Shown here: positions 9,275 through 17,315 of the stretch, piece after piece | Position numbering within the stretch: position 1 is the first letter of the stretch | Layout of the letters: every line of letters starts with the position of its first letter | Source of the DNA: a virus | Lineage: Duplodnaviria > Caudoviricetes | Direction: 5' to 3' (one strand) | Virus record (IMG/VR): IMGVR_UViG_3300035661_000284 | Location: 1 to 27,121 of that record | DNA: 27,121 bases | Translations under genes and position numbers: made by a program | Notes under the pieces: generated by a model | What the model saw: the letters and a program-made list of their open reading frames with translations, nothing else | What the model was told of the DNA's origin: nothing | Database searches by the model: none

Positions 9275-10003
9275 TTATCCTGCAGTTATACCAAGAGGTG
9301 CTGACCAACGATCTAACAATTCTTGATTCAATCTATCAACATCAGTTTGACCTTGTGACATAATATCACTATAATTAAGTGTTGCTCCTGATAATATTGG
9401 TGCATTAAATTTACCAATATTATTTGCCCATTGAATACGTGCCTCTGCAACGCACATATCTTTAATCCACGGGTGATTAAAAATACCATCTATAGCATCT
9501 GGTTTATATAATGTCCAGCAATATAATAATATTTGTTTATTTCTAAGATAACAATCGTCCATAAACACTAATTTATTATTATTAGGATTGTATGAATAGT
9601 TGACTGGAATATTGAAATAATCTTGAATCATCTGAAACTGCGCTGATAACATCTGTATATCACTAAGGGACATTGCCCCACCTGTTGATTGAAATCCTAC
9701 AAAATTATAACTGTTTGTTAGAATATAACCACCAGGAAGAGAAAATGGAGAATAACTTGATGCCGTTCTGATGTCAATTATTGATGAGATACTATCATCT
9801 AATCTGTACTGAGATATGGTAGGATCCATTGGAATAATGAATAGACGTTCTTCCATCCCATCAATAGCATATTCAGAATATTTTCTGATAGTAGCATCAA
9901 TAATATCATCTATTTGTTCAGGTGTTAATTCAATATCATTTACTGGACTACCAAGACGACGTAGGATATAATCAGACAATTTATCTTTTGTATTGGTAGT
10001 CAT
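9275..10003 (-). CDS. gp13: T4 gp13-like neck protein
   Basis: L.DYILRRLG.P...IELT.EQI.D.I, W.K....A....QW..N..KF....L.G..LN, W..PLG..G. Confidence 0.9.
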   Translation of the reverse strand: MTTNTKDKLSDYILRRLGSPVNDIELTPEQIDDIIDATIRKYSEYAIDGMEERLFIIPMDPTISQYRLDDSISSIIDIRTASSYSPFSLPGGYILTNSYNFVGFQSTGGAMSLSDIQMLSAQFQMIQDYFNIPVNYSYNPNNNKLVFMDDCYLRNKQILLYCWTLYKPDAIDGIFNHPWIKDMCVAEARIQWANNIGKFNAPILSGATLNYSDIMSQGQTDVDRLNQELLDRWSAPLGITAG

Positions 10004-10008
10004 AAAAA

Positions 10009-10884
10009 TTAATTACCTGTTGTTGAAGTGTTAACTGCAGAAGAATTATCAAGTAACAATTCTTCTGTTGGTGCTACTGGTGTTTCAACAACTGGTGCTG
10101 TTGCATCTACTGGTGTTTCAACAACCGGTGCATCTACAACTGCTGGTGTTTCAACTGGTGCTTCGACAACTGGTGTTTCAACTGGTGCTTCAACAATAGG
10201 TGTTTCAACTGGGGCTTCGACAGGTGCATCAACAACTACTGGTGCTGTTTCAACTGGTGCTGTTTCAACTGGTGCATCTACAACTGGTGCATCTACAACC
10301 GGTGCATCAACAACAACTGGTGTTTCAACAACTGGTGTTTCAACTGGTGCATCTACAACTGGTACTTCAACCGCTGGTGCATCTACAACTGGTGCATCAA
10401 CAACAACTGGTGTTTCAACAACTGGTGTTTCAACTGGTGCATCTACAACTGGTACTTCAACCGCTGGTGTTTCTACAACTGGTGCATCAACAACTGGTGT
10501 TTCAACAACTGGTGTTTCAACAACTGGTGTTTCAACTGCTGGTGTTTCAACAGGTGCATCTACAACTGGTGCTGTTTCAACAACTGGTGCTTCGACAGGT
10601 GCATCAACAATAGGAGTTTCTACAGCTGGTGCTTCAACTGGTGCATCTACAACTGGTGCATCAACAACTGGTGTTTTTACAACTGGAGTTTTAACACCTT
10701 TTTTACCTGATTTTATTTTAGGTGTTTCTTCAGTTGTTTCTTCAATAATTATTTTGAAATGTTTAGGGAATTTTGTAGTAAGCTCAGATTCCATATATTC
10801 AATTCCATTTTTTATTACAACAATTTTGAATCCAAGGTCAACGCTGATACTTTCACGATCAAGATTTGCGATATATTTTTTCAT
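10009..10884 (-). CDS. Late protein with long Pro/Val/Glu/Thr/Ala low-complexity repeat (VETP/VDAP)
   Basis: AAGGA RBS, late promoter at 10911-10918, co-oriented with gp13. Confidence 0.75.
   Translation of the reverse strand: MKKYIANLDRESISVDLGFKIVVIKNGIEYMESELTTKFPKHFKIIIEETTEETPKIKSGKKGVKTPVVKTPVVDAPVVDAPVEAPAVETPIVDAPVEAPVVETAPVVDAPVETPAVETPVVETPVVETPVVDAPVVETPAVEVPVVDAPVETPVVETPVVVDAPVVDAPAVEVPVVDAPVETPVVETPVVVDAPVVDAPVVDAPVETAPVETAPVVVDAPVEAPVETPIVEAPVETPVVEAPVETPAVVDAPVVETPVDATAPVVETPVAPTEELLLDNSSAVNTSTTGN
10070..10690 (-). repeat. Degenerate 12-18 bp tandem coding repeat (CCAGTTGTTGAAACA / CCAGTTGTAGATGCA)
   Basis: Directly visible repeat encoding PVVET/PVVDA/PVET. Confidence 0.9.
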
Positions 10885-10910
10885 TAGGTTTCCTTTATTA
10901 TGTTTATCTT

Positions 10911-10918
10911 TATTTATA
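10911..10918 (-). promoter_or_regulatory. T4-type late promoter TATAAATA
   Basis: Exact match upstream of the repeat protein-gp13 operon. Confidence 0.75.
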
Positions 10919-10921
10919 TGT

Positions 10922-11641
10922 TTATATTACACAGATACCAGATTTACCATAATCACAATAGTCACAAAGTTTTGTTATATTCTTAACATAATCTTCACAT
11001 TTCTCAATTTTAGTAATCTTGTTTGAATATGTTGTTGCATAGTTTTGTAGATATTTTCTCTTGAATATGTACTTATGTTCCTTGCAATGCTCGACAAATA
11101 CATAAGTCATCTCAATCTCATCTACGTCTTTATATTCTCTGAAAAACCAAAGTGCATACAATATACCTTGACCATTATCATGATATTGTTGCTCAGGAAA
11201 TTTTCCTGTCTTCCAGTCGACGATAATATACTTATTGTTTTTTCTGATAACTTTATCAATTTTACCACGCATAATTGCGTCTTTAGCATAATACGATACT
11301 GGTTGTAGTTTCATATCTAAACCAAATTCTACCTCTTCACCAATGAGTTCAATATCCTCAAGATAATATTTTCCAATATCAGATACTACAAAATCTTGTA
11401 CTATTTTCTTTGCATTATCTTGTTCAACAGGATCAAGAACACTAAAATTAAAATTAGGAAAAGTGTTAAAATTATCATTTTTAAACGTTTCATAATGCTC
11501 GAGAACTAAGTGAACGAATGTACCTTTTTCAAGTGCAGGACTTGTATTAGGTCCACGGATTTTATCAATGTAATATAATTTAAATTTATGGGGGCAGTTA
11601 AATAATGATATTTTACTGTATGAATAAGGAGAGAATTTAAT
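10922..11641 (-). CDS. PD-(D/E)XK (RecB/Cas4-like) exonuclease, 239 aa, apparent ATT start codon
   Basis: Frame of the 130-aa ORF is open up to ATT at 11641 with AAGGA 5 nt upstream; gives FSPYSYSKISLFNCPHKFKLYYI, G.F.H, E, RGKID, IVDWKTG, Q..LY, C-terminal CDYC...C. Confidence 0.8.
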   Translation of the reverse strand: MKFSPYSYSKISLFNCPHKFKLYYIDKIRGPNTSPALEKGTFVHLVLEHYETFKNDNFNTFPNFNFSVLDPVEQDNAKKIVQDFVVSDIGKYYLEDIELIGEEVEFGLDMKLQPVSYYAKDAIMRGKIDKVIRKNNKYIIVDWKTGKFPEQQYHDNGQGILYALWFFREYKDVDEIEMTYVFVEHCKEHKYIFKRKYLQNYATTYSNKITKIEKCEDYVKNITKLCDYCDYGKSGICVI

Positions 11642-11642
11642 G

Positions 11643-11804
11643 TTAGTCCTTTTTTGTAATTGCTTCCAATTCGTTTTCTAGGTCAATGATATCTGAAAGC
11701 ATTCTTTTTTTATCTTCAGGTGATTGTTTATCATATATTGAAATTATCTCATCAAGAATTTTCTCTAGTTTTTCTACCCTGTTATCATTGTTAATTGTGT
11801 TCAT
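11643..11804 (-). CDS. Small coiled-coil hypothetical protein, 53 aa (MNTINNDNRVEKLEKILDEII...EAITKKD)
   Basis: Hand translation; AAGG RBS, late promoter at 11821-11828. Confidence 0.65.
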   Translation of the reverse strand: MNTINNDNRVEKLEKILDEIISIYDKQSPEDKKRMLSDIIDLENELEAITKKD

Positions 11805-11820
11805 ATTGTACCTTTTTTAA

Positions 11821-11828
11821 TATTTATA
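11821..11828 (-). promoter_or_regulatory. T4-type late promoter TATAAATA
   Basis: Exact match 16 nt upstream of ATG 11804. Confidence 0.65.
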
Positions 11829-11917
11829 GGTCAATATCTGGAAATTCAAACCCATCAAATATTCCTGATATTATATTTAATCAAATAGAGATTTTATGAT
11901 TTTTATATAATGTAAGA

Positions 11918-12292
11918 TTAAATAATCTTACATGGAATACTTGCATCTTCATCATATGCATAAATCGCACACATACGGTGATATCCGTCTGCAATGATAA
12001 CTTTACCATTTACTTCATCTCTAACAAGTAAAAGTGGTGATAATGAATCACCTTTTTTTATTTTTTGTTTGTTCTTTCTAACGTGAGAATTACTTACACC
12101 TAATAAAGAAAGGTCAGAAGCCCTGAATATATCCTTAGCTTTAAACGCTGACATTGTAGTTTGTTTAAGTTGTTTAACTAAATTCTCTACCATCACTGAA
12201 TCATAAATCAAACTTAAATAAGATTCCGCTGCAGGATAATCATGTTCTTCTGGTTCATTTAACCATTTAATTTCATATGTGTTTGATGCCAT
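11918..12292 (-). CDS. ParB/Sulfiredoxin-fold small protein
   Basis: SPLLLV....VIIADGYHR (DGxHR) motif; AGGAG RBS. Confidence 0.7.
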   Translation of the reverse strand: MASNTYEIKWLNEPEEHDYPAAESYLSLIYDSVMVENLVKQLKQTTMSAFKAKDIFRASDLSLLGVSNSHVRKNKQKIKKGDSLSPLLLVRDEVNGKVIIADGYHRMCAIYAYDEDASIPCKII

Positions 12293-12322
12293 TGTTTTTC
12301 TCCTAATTTTTAATTATTTGTT

Positions 12323-12649
12323 TTAATTAATAGTACATTTTTCTTTTTCACGCAAAATATCTATTTCAGTTATATAATTAATATCATATTTATGAAATAT
12401 CTTAAGAAAGAGTTTATGAGTATTCTCGTATTCAGCAATGTTTTTATCTGCTTCAACTAATTTTTCATATAAATCTGTTATCATTATTGATTTCTCATAT
12501 GAAAGATATGAAATCTTGTGATGTGAATTCTTATATCTCTTATTTAATTCTTCTAATTCTTTTAATCTATTTTTTTCAGTGATAAAACCATATATGTATA
12601 ATATTATTACGATCAAAATAGCTATTCCTGAGGCGATTAAATCTACCAT
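12323..12649 (-). CDS. Hypothetical membrane-anchored coiled-coil protein
   Basis: N-terminal hydrophobic segment IASGIAILIVIILYIYGFI; AAGGA RBS. Confidence 0.7.
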   Translation of the reverse strand: MVDLIASGIAILIVIILYIYGFITEKNRLKELEELNKRYKNSHHKISYLSYEKSIMITDLYEKLVEADKNIAEYENTHKLFLKIFHKYDINYITEIDILREKEKCTIN

Positions 12650-12693
12650 GCAAATTCCTTATAACACATTATCTTTTAAAAATGATGAATGAA

Positions 12694-13761
12694 TCATTGA
12701 ATATTTTTTACAAGTTCATCATTAAACCATCGACGTGCAACATTATTAATTAAACTACTTACATCTTTAGGTTCTAAATTTTTTTCTGCAAGAATATCCA
12801 TTTCTTCTTTAACTACATCATTCATAACTGCTTTAAGGAAATTACCCAATGATTTAATTGATGGTTCTAATTTCTCATTATTGATACCGAATGTGTTTTG
12901 CCACGCTTGTTCAAGTCTAAGTGGGTTAGCAGCGTAATTTGCAAAATCAATTTTAATTTGTTCTTTTTCATTATCAACAGGTTTAAGAGTTTTTACTTTA
13001 GAATTAGAATGTTTCTCACCTTTTACCTTAAACCGTTGTAATGTTCCATTGAGTAAGAAAACAAATACAATACCTTCACCTACATTTGATTCTTGTCCAA
13101 ATGCTTTACCAACAGGTGATGCAGGTTCTATTACTTCTTCAACTAGTTTAATCATTTCATTCTGTGAAAGTAATGGATTATTAAAATCAATCTCAATTTC
13201 ATATGTAGGAAAGTTAGAAATATTATAAATTTTAAAATCTAAATTATCTGGTTGAATTCCCATAGTATCATACCATACAGATAATTCTTCATTAAAAGTA
13301 TCGATAGGTGATACTTTAAAATGTTGGAAAATAATTGATGTTTTTTCGATTCCAGTCAATGCTGACTTAGCCTGGATATTTCCACCACACCATTCATAGA
13401 ACACAGAAACGGTATACATATCTACATCGATATTATAAATTTTAACTAATCTTGAGATTACATCAAACCAACCATCTTTATTACGATTAACAGCAAATGC
13501 ACATCCTGCATTATCATTCTCGATTGTAATGATATTATTACGTGATTGAACCCATAACCCGTCAATGTTGTTATAACAAACTGCAGCGTTTGTACCATGA
13601 ATTTTTTCTGTACCAGTTACAACAATTTTAGGCATTAACGCATTATGATTATAGATTGGATTACCTTCAGCGTCTTGACCCTTATATTGAGCAACATGTT
13701 GTACGTTTTTAATTATCTCACGGAATTGCCCGATTGAACCAAAATTAATAAATTTTTGCAT
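12694..13761 (-). CDS. RNA ligase, Rnl2-like nucleotidyltransferase
   Basis: Motif I EKIHGTN, QSRN, motif III FYEWCG, motif IV GEGIV, motif V FKVK. Confidence 0.85.
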   Translation of the reverse strand: MQKFINFGSIGQFREIIKNVQHVAQYKGQDAEGNPIYNHNALMPKIVVTGTEKIHGTNAAVCYNNIDGLWVQSRNNIITIENDNAGCAFAVNRNKDGWFDVISRLVKIYNIDVDMYTVSVFYEWCGGNIQAKSALTGIEKTSIIFQHFKVSPIDTFNEELSVWYDTMGIQPDNLDFKIYNISNFPTYEIEIDFNNPLLSQNEMIKLVEEVIEPASPVGKAFGQESNVGEGIVFVFLLNGTLQRFKVKGEKHSNSKVKTLKPVDNEKEQIKIDFANYAANPLRLEQAWQNTFGINNEKLEPSIKSLGNFLKAVMNDVVKEEMDILAEKNLEPKDVSSLINNVARRWFNDELVKNIQ

Positions 13762-13865
13762 ATATTTTTCCTTAATTGATTATTATGTATATTTTTATAC
13801 TTGAATTTTGATGTCCACAACCAGATTCAATCTAGGTAGTTTAAAATTCTTCTTTTTGTACATAT

Positions 13866-13886
13866 ATTATATCATAATAAACTTAA
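13866..13886 (-). promoter_or_regulatory. Early promoter TTAAG-N10-TATAAT
   Basis: TTAAGTTTATTATGATATAAT upstream of RNA ligase. Confidence 0.75.
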
Positions 13887-14025
13887 AATTAGATTAATAA
13901 TTATCACTAAAATCATATTGTTGTAAAGTAAGATGTGAAATTTCTATATAATTAACATTGAAAAATGTTTTTGAGAAAGGTAAATTTGCGGGTTGACAGC
14001 GATTTTATGTTTTCTTTTTCAATCA

Positions 14026-14051
14026 CAACATACCCATCATTAGGTATGTTG
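14026..14051 (-). terminator. Hairpin downstream of thermonuclease gene, probable terminator
   Basis: CAACATACC-8nt-GGTATGTTG; weak U-tract. Confidence 0.45.
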
Positions 14052-14082
14052 GTTTCAAATTATGAATTTTTGGAACTGATTA

Positions 14083-14604
14083 TCATTTGTGATATTTAGT
14101 TAAACAATTCATAACATCAGGATATGACTGCCATAAACCTGAGTGAGTTTGAATAGATAATGATTGGTCTTGAAGTAATTGATCACGATATTTTATATCA
14201 CTCATATCACGACCAGTGTGCCACACATATGCATAACCATCTTTTATCATCATTTCATTAAGATTAATATTTTTTAAGAATACAATCGCTACATCACGGT
14301 CATGTGATGCATCACCCGTTGGTTTTATCTCAACAATATCACCTATCTTGATGATTGAATCAAGATGATTTGAAGATAATTTAGCTGCATCCACTGTGGT
14401 TTTACCACACTCTTTAATATCACTTTTTGCTTTGTAAGAAAATAAAAATTTCTCTGGAGAATCAATATCAGCAAAACGTAATTTTGTTACATTACCATCA
14501 TTTGATTTTACTGTAATAGTATCACCATCAATAAGTTTAACAACAGTTGCTGGATATGCAAATAACGTAGCAATGAATAACAATGTCAATATAATTTTTT
14601 TCAT
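14083..14604 (-). CDS. Secreted thermonuclease (SNase family)
   Basis: Signal peptide MKKIILTLLFIATLFA; IDGDTI, LRFADIDSPE, LNE.MI..GYA, GLW. Confidence 0.9.
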   Translation of the reverse strand: MKKIILTLLFIATLFAYPATVVKLIDGDTITVKSNDGNVTKLRFADIDSPEKFLFSYKAKSDIKECGKTTVDAAKLSSNHLDSIIKIGDIVEIKPTGDASHDRDVAIVFLKNINLNEMMIKDGYAYVWHTGRDMSDIKYRDQLLQDQSLSIQTHSGLWQSYPDVMNCLTKYHK

Positions 14605-14643
14605 TTTTTTCCTTTTTTAAATTATATGCACCAGATGGGTGCA

Positions 14644-14973
14644 TTAATCTTTTTCAATTAATCTTGCAATTTGATTCTTAATACCAAAATCACTTTCTAG
14701 CAATGCAAGAACAAGTTCTTCCTCACCTTTTTCAAGATCAGTAATTTTCATCTCTTTTTTGAGAATCTTAATTGCATTCATCACTTGTCCTACAAGAATA
14801 CCAGAACTTTTAGCATCTTTTTTAATATCTTTGATGTAACCATCAATTTCTTTTTTCTGTAATGCATGTGTAAGAATTGCTGATGCAAATTGTAACGTTA
14901 AATTTTGTTCTTCACTTTTTTTCGTTTCGATAAACGTTTCTATCATTGCTTCTTCGTCTGTAGATAAAGCCAT
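14644..14973 (-). CDS. T4 DsbA / GapR (DUF2312)-like dsDNA-binding protein
   Basis: KKEI...IKDI..DAK..G........I...K pattern shared with GapR/DsbA. Confidence 0.55.
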   Translation of the reverse strand: MALSTDEEAMIETFIETKKSEEQNLTLQFASAILTHALQKKEIDGYIKDIKKDAKSSGILVGQVMNAIKILKKEMKITDLEKGEEELVLALLESDFGIKNQIARLIEKD

Positions 14974-15443
14974 TAATTCCCCTCAATTGAAATAAATTTT
15001 GTTGCATTTTCAAGTGCTTTCACATTTTCAAGATACGTTTCGTTATTTTGAAAATCCCAATAACAGAAATCAGATGACATTGTATATACACCACCTTGTA
15101 GTTGAATTTCTTTTGAATAATCAAGATTGAAGATGATACGATTTTTTCCGCCATCAAATACAATATTTGCAACGTGATCACCATTGATTACATAATGATT
15201 AGGATCAGAACTTATTAGAACATTCTTACCCATTGCCTTGATAACACCTTGCATAACAGATTTTAAATCGTTATCATAAAATACATATGTGTAATCTGCA
15301 ACCATGTTACCATTACGTAATGTAATACTGTGTGAATAATTGAATATTGCTTTTGTTTCACCTTCAGGTGTTGATTTAAAACCTACACTCGATACTGCAT
15401 CAAGATTGATGATTTTTTGTCCTGGGACTCTTATATTGTTCAT
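14973..15443 (-). CDS. Hypothetical protein with internal two-fold repeat
   Basis: IINLDAVSSV.F...IFN...DY.Y repeated as VINGDHVANI.F...IIFN...DF.Y. Confidence 0.75.
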   Translation of the reverse strand: MNNIRVPGQKIINLDAVSSVGFKSTPEGETKAIFNYSHSITLRNGNMVADYTYVFYDNDLKSVMQGVIKAMGKNVLISSDPNHYVINGDHVANIVFDGGKNRIIFNLDYSKEIQLQGGVYTMSSDFCYWDFQNNETYLENVKALENATKFISIEGN

Positions 15444-15457
15444 GTTTTTCCTTCAAA

Positions 15458-15691
15458 TTATAATTTATCTTTAATTTCTCTCATAAGATTATATACTTCC
15501 TTATCACCACTAAAGGTAATAGAATATCCAAAATCTTTTTCTGTACGTATAATTAGTATGTTAGGAGCATTCTTTCTTACATACATAGTTTTTCCTGTAA
15601 GATCAATAATAAATTCTTCTATAGCTTCAGAGTAAAATGACTCCTTGATACCAATTACTTTATTTTCACCTACTTTAAAATGTAATGTCAT
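15458..15691 (-). CDS. Hypothetical protein
   Basis: 77-aa ORF, AAGGA RBS, late promoter at 15748-15755. Confidence 0.65.
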   Translation of the reverse strand: MTLHFKVGENKVIGIKESFYSEAIEEFIIDLTGKTMYVRKNAPNILIIRTEKDFGYSITFSGDKEVYNLMREIKDKL

Positions 15692-15747
15692 ATTTCTTCC
15701 TTATCTCATTATGATTCGCTCCAATTCTATCAAGGATACGTTCTGAT

Positions 15748-15755
15748 TATTTATA
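15748..15755 (-). promoter_or_regulatory. T4-type late promoter TATAAATA
   Basis: Exact intergenic match, inside the small palindrome TGATTA-TTTA-TAATCA. Confidence 0.55.
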
Positions 15756-15772
15756 ATCAAAATGTTTAAATC

Positions 15773-16669
15773 TTATATTTTTATTATTTTATCTAATTCC
15801 TGCAATACACGTTGAGAATTTGATTTTTTGTAAATATCATCCCACATTTCTTTGATTGCCTTGTAAGATGTTTTGTCTGGATTAAATCCTTTTACAGAAA
15901 CAAATCTCATAAATCTCCAGGCACGAAGATAATCTTCTTTGATTCTGTCTTTTGGTTTACCAACAAAACGTAATGTTTTTGATTTAATATCATTAAGTCC
16001 TTGCGTTGTAGGGTCAATCAATCTACGAGTTGTTAGGTTAAAATATAATGCATTTACAGTAAAATCACGTCTTTCTGCATCATCATAAATTGTTCCAATC
16101 TCAACACTTTCGGGACGTCTACCATCAACATATGTGCCATCTTTTCTATAATTTGCAATTTCATAATTAACATTATCCTTTGATACAATCATAACAAGAA
16201 ATTGTTTTCCTTCTTCTTTAACAGTGAACCCTGCATTGATAAAAAGTTTTTCTAATTCTTCATAAGGAATATCTGTAACAAAATCGAAATCTTTTGGCGT
16301 TTTGTCAATCAATATATCACGAACACATCCACCAACGAGACATGAATTTTCTGAATGTTGAAGAACCTCAATAATATCTTTAGATAAAAATGATGAAATG
16401 AGTTTAAATTTAAAACTTGCATTATCAAGATCTCTTAAGATATTATTAAGGATTTCTGACAATATTGTAAAATCTTTATTTCCAATACAGATTTCAAATA
16501 AATCATGTACTGTATAAAACAATTCAATATCTGTATTGTCTGCAAGGTCAATAAGTTTTCCTACCTGTTCAGCAGTACAATTTGTTTTAAGTGCTTTATA
16601 ATCATTTACTTTGTATCGGAAAAAATCTTCATTAATTTTATTAACTAGTATTTTTTTATATTCTTTCAT
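15773..16669 (-). CDS. cca: Class II tRNA nucleotidyltransferase (CCA-adding enzyme), compact, no HD domain
   Basis: LVGGCVRD, DFDFVT, EIA..R.D..Y.DGRRP loop, RRDFTVNAL, EDYLR templating motif. Confidence 0.9.
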   Translation of the reverse strand: MKEYKKILVNKINEDFFRYKVNDYKALKTNCTAEQVGKLIDLADNTDIELFYTVHDLFEICIGNKDFTILSEILNNILRDLDNASFKFKLISSFLSKDIIEVLQHSENSCLVGGCVRDILIDKTPKDFDFVTDIPYEELEKLFINAGFTVKEEGKQFLVMIVSKDNVNYEIANYRKDGTYVDGRRPESVEIGTIYDDAERRDFTVNALYFNLTTRRLIDPTTQGLNDIKSKTLRFVGKPKDRIKEDYLRAWRFMRFVSVKGFNPDKTSYKAIKEMWDDIYKKSNSQRVLQELDKIIKI

Positions 16670-16694
16670 AATTGTTCTTTCCTTCTTATGTTAT

Positions 16695-16716
16695 ATTATA
16701 ACACATTAAACCTTAA
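16695..16716 (-). promoter_or_regulatory. Early promoter TTAAG-N11-TATAAT
   Basis: TTAAGGTTTAATGTGTTATAAT upstream of cca. Confidence 0.75.
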
Positions 16717-16727
16717 TTATTGTTTAA

Positions 16728-16746
16728 ATTGATAATAATTATCAAT
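16728..16746. promoter_or_regulatory. Fur box (perfect 7-1-7 TGATAAT-A-ATTATCA; 9-1-9 palindrome)
   Basis: ATTGATAATAATTATCAAT, intergenic, 11 bp upstream of the cca promoter TTAAG. Confidence 0.7.
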
Positions 16747-16750
16747 ATAA

Positions 16751-16909
16751 TCATAATTTATTTTTTATATCTTTTATGCGTTGCGCTTGCTTTGGTGTCT
16801 GTCTTCTCCAAGCAAAGGTTGTAGGTTTTTTCCTCTTAATATACATATCTGATAACATGCACATGATGAGCACTAATGGAATAATTAGAAATAATATTTC
16901 ACATCTCAT
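16751..16909 (-). CDS. Small membrane protein, 52 aa (MRCEILFLIIPLVLIMCMLSDMYIKRKKP...)
   Basis: Hand translation; AGGAG RBS; one hydrophobic segment then basic tail. Confidence 0.65.
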   Translation of the reverse strand: MRCEILFLIIPLVLIMCMLSDMYIKRKKPTTFAWRRQTPKQAQRIKDIKNKL

Positions 16910-16946
16910 GTAATCTCCTAAATAAACATTTTTTCTTTCTAATTAA

Positions 16947-17315
16947 TCAAATATCTTGTTCAATTATGAGAGTATCATAATCAACATGTAATACAAGATC
17001 AATAAGCCATTTTACACGAAATTGACACATGAATCTATCTGATACATATGAAAGATCACCTGCAATATTTGTATAACCATATGTTTCAAATCCCGTTCTT
17101 CTATCTCTATATGAAGAACGGTCAAAATATTTATAAAGAACCATTAAATGTTTATATTCTTTTCGAAGTAAATCAAGTGTTTCGATAGTATTATCAGTGG
17201 TTAATTTATCAAAGATTAATCTAATCTTATATCTTGCTTTATCGACATTTATAGTTGATTTTCCTAGATGACGTTTTTTGAAATAAGTTTTTAATCCATT
17301 AGAACGTTTAATCAT
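16947..17315 (-). CDS. Hypothetical protein
   Basis: 122-aa ORF, AGGAG RBS, ATGA coupling with upstream gene. Confidence 0.65.
   Translation of the reverse strand: MIKRSNGLKTYFKKRHLGKSTINVDKARYKIRLIFDKLTTDNTIETLDLLRKEYKHLMVLYKYFDRSSYRDRRTGFETYGYTNIAGDLSYVSDRFMCQFRVKWLIDLVLHVDYDTLIIEQDI

Noticed and set aside
10009-10884. Pro-rich protein as a phage TonB partner for the receptor
   Set aside because: No N-terminal membrane anchor and no TonB C-terminal domain
10028-11026. Plus-strand 332-aa TGAST-repeat ORF and 137-aa QQLV ORF (10200..10613)
   Set aside because: Antisense shadows of the repeat gene; RBS, late promoter and operon context all support the minus strand
11649-11655. A-AAA-AAG slippery heptamer as a programmed -1 frameshift into the exonuclease
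   Set aside because: The exonuclease is in the +1 frame relative to the upstream ORF; the -1 frame gives no family motifs and stops after about 50 codons
13993-13998. TTGACA as plus-strand -35 element
   Set aside because: No -10 at proper spacing and no downstream plus-strand gene
14072-14090. Fur-like AATGATAATCA at the thermonuclease stop
   Set aside because: Only 13/19 and explained by tandem TGA TAA stop codons
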